From positions 27,494-91,493 of the forward strand of contig MGJU01000014.1 of the NCBI GenBank assembly GCA_001794435.1: DNA of 64,000 bases. The letters run 5' to 3'. This DNA comes from Candidatus Yanofskybacteria bacterium RIFCSPHIGHO2_02_FULL_43_17 (GTDB lineage Bacteria > Patescibacteriota > Minisyncoccia > 2-02-FULL-40-12 > GWA2-44-9). A program made the translations under genes and the position numbers. Under the pieces are notes generated by a model. The model was not told the origin of the DNA and did no database searches. It was given only the letters and a program-made list of their open reading frames with translations. Positions 57,452 through 64,000 of the stretch are shown here, in pieces. Position 1 is the stretch's first letter. Each line of letters starts with the position of its first letter.

Positions 57452-58516
57452 CTATTTAATTTTCAGAGCATACAGCTTGTCGTCTATCTCATTGAGTATG
57501 TAAATAACATCTCCTAGCGGGCCAAGAGCCATCTCTTTAGTAAGCAGATTAATGCTTGGTACCGAAACCAGTATTTTAGAACCATCGGCCACGCTTATTC
57601 TGTAAAATTCGTCCTTGAGTTGGGTTTGGTTTTTAACTCCGCAAATAACCTCATCCCTATTTAACCAGGCGCACTTTGAAGCGTTAGAATTTACATCCAG
57701 AGAAACGATTGCGTCATTGTTAGCAATATCTATGTAAAACAGGCGTTCAGAACCAGTGCCATTTTTGGCAGAAAATAATATTTTTTCGCCATCGGGCGAC
57801 CATTTTACGCCAAGATCGTATTGATAGGACAGTATTTTATTGAGGGCGCCTTCTTCTTTTAGAACAAGCAGATCGCCATACCCGTCTTTATCGTAGGATA
57901 CTATGGATATAAAATCATCCCTTGGCCAGCTGACTGTTACGGCGCCGAGCCGTGTTTTAAGGGCACGCTTAATGATTTTCCCGGCTTTGGATATGAGCAA
58001 CTCTCCCACCCCGTCGTTAACAAGCAGATACGTCGCTTGATCGCCGTGAGGAGAGAAAGCAGCCGACCTTAAATTACCCGCCAAGTTTGATTTTTCGCCT
58101 GTTTTTAAATTTAAATAAACCGTTTTTCTGTTGTTCCCAGCGTCATAAAAAGAGTAGATAACAGAGTCGCCTGTCGGCGATAGCAGTACTTCCGATATAT
58201 CGGTTCGACCCAAAGAGGCCAGAACTTTTTCTCTGATATTGGCCGCATCTATTTCAATAATATCACCATTCTTGTCTACGGCTATTATATTTTCAGAACC
58301 AAGGCTGACAAACGAAACAAGCCTTCTGGAGCTAAGGGGCAGTGTTTTTGGAATTGTGGTTTCAAGCAACTCCGCCTTAGTGTTGCTATTGAATCTTTGT
58401 ATCAATGAATTGCTTTGGGTGCCGAGCCCGCCTCCTAGAGTTAAAAGACGGCCGGATAAAAAGGCAATAGCTCCTAATGTTATGAATATTGAAACCAATA
58501 ATATTTTTTTCTCCAT
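57452..58516 (-). CDS. Membrane-anchored beta-propeller (TolB-like) protein
   Basis: N-terminal TM, LSPTGD, FSPHGD, WSPDGEKILFS repeats. Confidence 0.65.
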   Translation of the reverse strand: MEKKILLVSIFITLGAIAFLSGRLLTLGGGLGTQSNSLIQRFNSNTKAELLETTIPKTLPLSSRRLVSFVSLGSENIIAVDKNGDIIEIDAANIREKVLASLGRTDISEVLLSPTGDSVIYSFYDAGNNRKTVYLNLKTGEKSNLAGNLRSAAFSPHGDQATYLLVNDGVGELLISKAGKIIKRALKTRLGAVTVSWPRDDFISIVSYDKDGYGDLLVLKEEGALNKILSYQYDLGVKWSPDGEKILFSAKNGTGSERLFYIDIANNDAIVSLDVNSNASKCAWLNRDEVICGVKNQTQLKDEFYRISVADGSKILVSVPSINLLTKEMALGPLGDVIYILNEIDDKLYALKIK

Positions 58517-58517
58517 A

Positions 58518-59210
58518 TTATGCGATTCCCGTTTCTCCGGTTGCTTCCAAAACCGAATCCGACGCTTCCCTTGCGTTTTTATAGCTCTCTTTTTCTGCTC
58601 TATAGCTTAACCAAATTCCAACCAGCATCCAGGGAACAAGCGCCAGAAAAGGCACCAGATTTAAAGTACCGGCCGCCACGGATCTCAATATTGGGCTTTT
58701 GGCGCTTTTGGCTACTCCTCTTAAAGCCACTCTCGCTCGCCTTACGGTTCTCAAATGAAGTTTACGGTATAGCTGTTTTGCTCCCGGAATTTTGCGGCTT
58801 AATCGGGCCACTCTTAAAATGTTTCTTTCAGCATTGGCTATGCGCGCCACTAAGGCGTCAATTTTTTTCTGGATATTTTCAGCATACTCATCTGCTCTTT
58901 TTTGTTTTGTATTGGTGAACCAGAAAATAAGGATTATAACTGCCGAAACGGCGAAAGAAATTATCCTCCCAACGATTGCGCCCAGACCGGTTAGGTCAAT
59001 AAAATCAACGATATCAACTATCACTGCCAATGATGCGAGGATTGAGTATTTGAATAACGAGGGGCGATGATATGTTTGTCCTTGGTTATATAATTCCACT
59101 GCTTCAGCTTGCGCGGCATAAAGCTCTTGTTCTGCGGCAAGCTCGTCGGCATACTGCTCCTCTTCGGCTACCTCTTCGTCAGTATTTCTAGTTGTTTGTT
59201 CTTCGGGCAT
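58518..59210 (-). CDS. Hypothetical membrane protein in the T4SS-like cluster
   Basis: Acidic N-terminus, TM segments, basic amphipathic middle. Confidence 0.6.
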   Translation of the reverse strand: MPEEQTTRNTDEEVAEEEQYADELAAEQELYAAQAEAVELYNQGQTYHRPSLFKYSILASLAVIVDIVDFIDLTGLGAIVGRIISFAVSAVIILIFWFTNTKQKRADEYAENIQKKIDALVARIANAERNILRVARLSRKIPGAKQLYRKLHLRTVRRARVALRGVAKSAKSPILRSVAAGTLNLVPFLALVPWMLVGIWLSYRAEKESYKNAREASDSVLEATGETGIA

Positions 59211-59260
59211 TAGATAAAAATTTACGAAATCCTCCCCACCTTAAACTTGTTGAGAAGCTT

Positions 59261-61009
59261 TTAGCTTCTCAACTTTGCCCACTCTTCCTTGGCTTTTTCT
59301 ATTTCAAGTATCTGTCTCGGATCGGAGGTTATTATCTGGTCTTCGGCATAAGATGCCAGAACTCTGATGCCGATGTGGTTTTGGCCGACAAAGAAAAGTC
59401 CGAAACCGACCCTTGCTTCAAGCAGATAATATTTCTCTCCGTCAGTAAGGTTAAATGTTTTCTGGACTATATCTATCGCCGCAGGCGACTGCTTCATCAG
59501 AATTTGCATAGACGAGTTGGTTACGATGCTTTTGCCTTTGTCGGTGGAAAGCATGTCGTTGATGTCCTGCGATATCGTGGTCAGGCCGAGATAATATTTT
59601 CTGGCTCGTTTTGCAATGTTGGACAGAAAGTCCGCGCCGATATCGTATTTCATAAGCCACCACGCCTCATCGACTATCAAAAGCCGCTTCTTCTGGACTC
59701 TTCTTACGGATGTCCATATGTGATTGAGTATCGAGTACATTGCAATCGGCCTTAGCTCTTCTTCCATGTCTCTGATACTGAATACAACAAGGTTATTGTC
59801 CAATAAAACATTGGTCGGCATGTTTAAAAATCCAGCAAAAGTACCTTCAGTATATTTTTTAAGCCGTATCGCCATTGATTCGGCTCCGGTAAGCCCTTCA
59901 AGTATGTTTTGGAGGTCGGATAAGACCGGAGGCGTGGCATTGGTGAAATTGGAATCCGGGGTTATGTCTTTTATCGCGTATGTTTGTATCAGCGCCTCGT
60001 CGAGTATTGAATTTTCTTCCGGTGTCAGTTCCCCGAGCATCAGCCGCAGAAGACCAGTAAGGTCTAAAATATGCGATTTGAACACATCAGCCGGCGACTC
60101 GTCTTGTTTTGGAACAGGAAGGTCCAGGGGGTTTATATGTTGGTCGGAAGTGATGGATATTTTAATGGGTGAGCCGCCAACTGTCTCGGCTAGGTATTTG
60201 TACTCGTCCTCGGGGTCGATGATCAATACTTGGGTACCGAATATCAAACTTCTCAAGATTTCCAGCTTTACCGTGTAACTCTTCCCCCCACCTGATTTTC
60301 CAAAAACAACGGCATTGTAGTTTTCTAGTTGGAATCTGTCGAACAAAACCAAGGAGTTGTTGTGAGTGTTGATGCCATAGAGTATACCGTCATGAGAGGT
60401 CAGGTCAAAAGAAACAAACGGGAAAATCGACGATAAGGGCTCAGTATTGAGAGAAGTATGAATATTGAGACGGTCATCGTTTATGGGCAGTGTAGAGATG
60501 AATCCCTCCAGCATTCTGAATGTTGCCACTTTTGGAAAGACGAGCTGGTATTCCAACATGCCTCGTAATTTGTTTTCCGTCTCATCCAGTTCTTTTAAGC
60601 TGTTTTCGTAGATTGTTATGTACACGCCTAGCTCGAAAAATTTATCTGTTCCTTGCTGAAGCCGGTCTCGCAAGTTCTCTATGTCCTGAATGGCTGTCTC
60701 CAGAATGGGGTCTCTGACTTTTCCCTTAGCCGCTTCTTCCATGGTTTGGGACTCAAGGCGGCTAAGCTGGTCGCGAAGCTGTTTTAAAACCGTTGTCGTG
60801 TTTTTGGGCAGTACGAATATCGAAATATCGAAAACTCTGTCCAGGTTTATAACTGGAGAAAACCACTTTGTCTGCAAATACCTTGGATATGTCGCTAGAA
60901 AAATAGTTCGGGCAAACTTATCCCCCACCTGAATGTAAGAAGGAGCGATATTAAATGCTCCCGGTGCAAGATATTCTGACATTTTATTTTTCTGTTGCTC
61001 AGCAGCCAT
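59261..61009 (-). CDS. VirB4-like type IV secretion ATPase
   Basis: GKSGGGKS, IIDPEDEY, INPLD, VDEAW, KRARKY, ISQD. Confidence 0.88.
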   Translation of the reverse strand: MAAEQQKNKMSEYLAPGAFNIAPSYIQVGDKFARTIFLATYPRYLQTKWFSPVINLDRVFDISIFVLPKNTTTVLKQLRDQLSRLESQTMEEAAKGKVRDPILETAIQDIENLRDRLQQGTDKFFELGVYITIYENSLKELDETENKLRGMLEYQLVFPKVATFRMLEGFISTLPINDDRLNIHTSLNTEPLSSIFPFVSFDLTSHDGILYGINTHNNSLVLFDRFQLENYNAVVFGKSGGGKSYTVKLEILRSLIFGTQVLIIDPEDEYKYLAETVGGSPIKISITSDQHINPLDLPVPKQDESPADVFKSHILDLTGLLRLMLGELTPEENSILDEALIQTYAIKDITPDSNFTNATPPVLSDLQNILEGLTGAESMAIRLKKYTEGTFAGFLNMPTNVLLDNNLVVFSIRDMEEELRPIAMYSILNHIWTSVRRVQKKRLLIVDEAWWLMKYDIGADFLSNIAKRARKYYLGLTTISQDINDMLSTDKGKSIVTNSSMQILMKQSPAAIDIVQKTFNLTDGEKYYLLEARVGFGLFFVGQNHIGIRVLASYAEDQIITSDPRQILEIEKAKEEWAKLRS

Positions 61010-61028
61010 TGTTGTAAGCTAAAGGTTT

Positions 61029-61646
61029 CTAGTCGTCCTTGGTTGGATTATAGAGCTGATAATACAAGTTCTTAAGTTCCTCGTCCTCAAGCTGGGTTAT
61101 CTGAAGGCCTAATCCGGCAAGGCCGCCGTAAACCAGCTCGGCTCTTTGGAGCAACTGGTTTTTGTAAGAGTTGAATTGTTCGCCCGTCAGTTCTTTGGGT
61201 ATGGTCTGGGGACTCAATATTCCCTTTAAGCTTCGGATCAACCCCGTGGCTTCCGGTTTTTCGTAGATGTAAAAAGGAACCGCGATATAGAACCTCTTAG
61301 ACATTATGTTGGACAAACTCGAGAGTTCTTTTATAAATCTTGAATATTCTGAGGCTTGGATCTTCATAAGTTCGTTGGTTGTCGACTCGACAATCTCGCC
61401 CACGATCTTAAGATAGCCGCTTATGTCCAGTTCTCTGGAGCTGACAATGATTTGAAGAGGAAAATCAACGGAATTGAGAAAATTTTGAAAACCCTGAAGT
61501 ATCGCTACTTGTTCATCGGCGGATCTTAACTCAAAATTTATAGCCGAAATCTCTAAAACCATCCTGAGAGAGCCATTCTTAAGAACAACCACCCCTTCAC
61601 GGATATCAGAAATAGGGACTAAATTTTCGGTGGATTGGTTGGGCAT
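61029..61646 (-). CDS. Conjugation-associated protein upstream of VirB4 (TraC N-terminal-like)
   Basis: INFELRSADEQ...FQNFLNS.DFP.QI. Confidence 0.6.
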   Translation of the reverse strand: MPNQSTENLVPISDIREGVVVLKNGSLRMVLEISAINFELRSADEQVAILQGFQNFLNSVDFPLQIIVSSRELDISGYLKIVGEIVESTTNELMKIQASEYSRFIKELSSLSNIMSKRFYIAVPFYIYEKPEATGLIRSLKGILSPQTIPKELTGEQFNSYKNQLLQRAELVYGGLAGLGLQITQLEDEELKNLYYQLYNPTKDD

Positions 61647-61750
61647 GTTTCAAATTAAAAAGTAAAATTGAAAATCTAAAAACGACAACTAAAAAGTTAA
61701 AACTGGAGAAGTTGTCTTAGTTTTTAATTTTACACTGCCGTTTTTCATTT

Positions 61751-62059
61751 TTAGATTCTAGTTTTTAAATTATTATCCTCGTCTTTTCTGAATATGTATC
61801 GTTTAGGGTTTAATAAATATGAAAGTAGATACGCGATGTAATTGATTAACGGCATCCCGTCTATTTTCAGGAAAGCAAAAGCCAGAAATATCGCCGCTAT
61901 CGGTACTCCGGCGGCGAAGAATATAAATCCACCCTGCGTAGTCGTAAACAGAAGAAATAGTATCGACACTCCGCCGGCTACCCACAGAAACTGCTTCAAA
62001 GTAAGCGGGCCGACCAATTTCGTCTCTGTTTCTATGAATTGTGGTAATTGAAACCTCAT
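61751..62059 (-). CDS. PrgI family protein
   Basis: FQLPQFIETETKLVGPLTLKQF plus two TM helices. Confidence 0.82.
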   Translation of the reverse strand: MRFQLPQFIETETKLVGPLTLKQFLWVAGGVSILFLLFTTTQGGFIFFAAGVPIAAIFLAFAFLKIDGMPLINYIAYLLSYLLNPKRYIFRKDEDNNLKTRI

Positions 62060-62532
62060 TGATTTTGTTTACGTAGATCTATCACATTGCTTTGCTCTGC
62101 GTTTGTGTTCTGTGATGACTGCTGGCTTTGGTTGGATCTGTTTTGCGCTATTCTGTCTTTAAATTTTTCTCTTTGCATATTTTTAATATCCTCTATCGCC
62201 AGAGCGAATAGTTCGCTGACTATTTTGTTGGCAATTTGATTTGCGATGCTCGCCTCAACTCCCAGCTTTGAAGATATTAATGCAGGGAAGTCGCTCAAGA
62301 AAGCGTCGGCAAGAAGGACGTCTCTTACTATCCGCGATAAGTCGGAAGATTGATTCTGGTCCAAGCCAACTTTTTTAGAAAGAAATTCTAAGTAGTAATC
62401 AGTTGTAGCAGAAGTCATAACATCTTTCACCTTAAGTGGTAATTTTATAAATTTATTCGCGAAAATATCCCAGTCCTTTTTGACTAGTAGTAATTCCTCT
62501 AGGTCCACTTGGGAAGGACTATATATATTCAT
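62056..62532 (-). CDS. Hypothetical protein
   Basis: 158-aa ORF in the cluster, C-terminal NVIDLRK. Confidence 0.6.
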   Translation of the reverse strand: MNIYSPSQVDLEELLLVKKDWDIFANKFIKLPLKVKDVMTSATTDYYLEFLSKKVGLDQNQSSDLSRIVRDVLLADAFLSDFPALISSKLGVEASIANQIANKIVSELFALAIEDIKNMQREKFKDRIAQNRSNQSQQSSQNTNAEQSNVIDLRKQNQ

Positions 62533-62544
62533 CTTAAGGGGGTT

Positions 62545-64000
62545 TTAAGGGATTGTTAAAGCAAAAATCTGTGCCAAACTTCTTGTGTCCGTTGCATTAT
62601 CTTGCAGTCCTTTCTTGAACCTCTCGCCACCACCAGGCTTGGGCATAATCGGAGGACCCCCTGGAGTTGTGGGCGGTCCACCGGGGATAGAAGGTTCAGA
62701 TGTTTGAAGTGCATTTATCTTTGCTTGAACCGCATTGACAAAATCCGGGTTTCCCCAACCGCCGTCATAGCCTATTTCTGCCAAAGCATCAGCTTTCATT
62801 CTCGTTACTCTAAAATTAAGAACCGCTCCCCTGGTTGCTAGCGGAGTTCCAGCGGCATCTCGCACTACTCCAAGAGCAGCTTTGGCGTCGACGGTAGCCA
62901 TGAAGTTCTTTTTCTCAGCTTTTTCTAGGAATTTGATTTTTTCAGCATCATTAGCATACAAGTTGGCAGCGGCCGCAAGCGCCGGCGCGGTCATCATGCT
63001 CGGGTCACCTTTTTCAGCCATTACTTCAGCTGACTTTCTTTTTACCTCATTATCAGGAGCATTGTTGTACCACGTTTGTCTATCTGTTTGAGATAGATTT
63101 TCGAAGTCAACCTTTGTGCCAAAATCAACCGCTTCTTTAGATCCAGCTCTGTACATACTATAAGTGTCAAACATCTCAGCGCCAGTCAAAGCACCTCTTT
63201 CTGCTAGAATTTCTCTAACAGCCAGTTTTTCTTGGTCGCTTCCTGTAGTCATGAGACCGCGCAGTGTCGTATTATCAGTAATGCGTCTGGCAGCTTTTTT
63301 AAGAAAGTTTGCTTTTTCTCCTGGTAAGGCATATAACGACTGAGCTCTTTGAATAGAATCGACGGTATCAAACTCGCCCTTCTCAGCCATAACTTCGGCA
63401 ACTTTTCTCTTAGCTTCTACGTCTGTCAGGTCTTTGTACCAATCCCCTCTATCCGTGCTGGAAAGTTTACCGTAGTCAATGCTTTTAGCGAACTGTCTGC
63501 CGGCCAGCGTGTTGTTGCCGCCGTACAGTTCGAATGTCTTTCTGTAATCATCGCTGGTTAATAATCCTCTATCCTTCATCACTTCTCTGGCAGCCAACTG
63601 GTTTCTAAGCGGACCTTTGTCCATCAACTTTCTAAGTTCTGCTGGGTCGGTAATTCTTTCAAATCTCTTCTTGATTTCCCCGATATCTTTAGCTTGTTGT
63701 TCTTCCAAAAATCCGACCTTGCCGCCGGTAATACGGCCAAGGGCATCTCTCATATATCCTGTTTGTCGCGCTATTCTGGCCTCTTCTTTTTCCCCAAGTT
63801 CGTCAAACCTTCCTTTCACCGCTCTGCCGGCAGCTGTCCACCCTATCCTATTTGCCACCCTATCTCTTCCCCATTTTGCCACTTGCACTACTCCCGTTCC
63901 GGAAAACGTTCCGGCACTCATTGCCACTTTTGTGCCGCCTATCATAAAGATGGCCACAAGAAAATAGTAAAATATCAGTCCAAAAGTAAAATCGGATTGC
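62545..64000 (-). CDS. C-terminal part of a large membrane protein, possibly VirB6-like (5' end outside the window)
   Basis: Frame stays open to the window edge with hydrophobic FGLIFYYFLVAIFMIGG, followed by a helical tail with an internal duplication. Confidence 0.55.
   Translation of the reverse strand, partial: QSDFTFGLIFYYFLVAIFMIGGTKVAMSAGTFSGTGVVQVAKWGRDRVANRIGWTAAGRAVKGRFDELGEKEEARIARQTGYMRDALGRITGGKVGFLEEQQAKDIGEIKKRFERITDPAELRKLMDKGPLRNQLAAREVMKDRGLLTSDDYRKTFELYGGNNTLAGRQFAKSIDYGKLSSTDRGDWYKDLTDVEAKRKVAEVMAEKGEFDTVDSIQRAQSLYALPGEKANFLKKAARRITDNTTLRGLMTTGSDQEKLAVREILAERGALTGAEMFDTYSMYRAGSKEAVDFGTKVDFENLSQTDRQTWYNNAPDNEVKRKSAEVMAEKGDPSMMTAPALAAAANLYANDAEKIKFLEKAEKKNFMATVDAKAALGVVRDAAGTPLATRGAVLNFRVTRMKADALAEIGYDGGWGNPDFVNAVQAKINALQTSEPSIPGGPPTTPGGPPIMPKPGGGERFKKGLQDNATDTRSLAQIFALTIP

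Noticed and set aside
57037-57503. Short ORFs 57037-57270 and 57267-57503
   Set aside because: They overlap the 147-bp repeat and other hairpins and show no protein-like signal.
1-64000. Alternative genetic code with UGA as Gly, as in some CPR lineages
   Set aside because: Conserved genes are intact under code 11 and several end at TGA in the expected place.

Overview
64-kb chromosomal window around the replication origin of a bacterium using the standard genetic code. The gene repertoire points to Patescibacteria/CPR, Parcubacteria-like (inference from clustered VirB2-like pilins, a VirB4/PrgI cluster, Pro-Thr-linker surface proteins, short ValRS and YebC, tRNA-Ile(UAU) and many near-leaderless genes). 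Housekeeping genes include tsaD, valS, gyrA, rpsA, ftsH, rplS, tig, nusA, ruvB, ruvC, tyrS, dnaN, dnaA, rpmH, rnpA, yidD, yidC and jag, with 11 tRNAs. Three things stand out. (1) A 1.7-kb segment bounded by a 12-bp direct repeat carries a complete T-box riboswitch with a His (CAC) specifier, followed by a His-containing 23-codon ORF, an atypical tRNA(GUG) and an uncharacterised alpha/beta protein. (2) A family of CCCG...CGGG-ended palindromic elements, mostly about 120 bp, duplicates either TTNA (usually the TTGA of a -35 box) or ATG start codons; one copy carries a GIY-YIG nuclease gene as its only ORF. (3) Many short palindromes are inserted in frame in essential genes. Two promoter-driven candidate ncRNAs, a zinc-ribbon insertion in TyrRS and a pilin-Ig-lytic transglycosylase fusion are also present. 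All calls come from reading the sequence; no searches were run.
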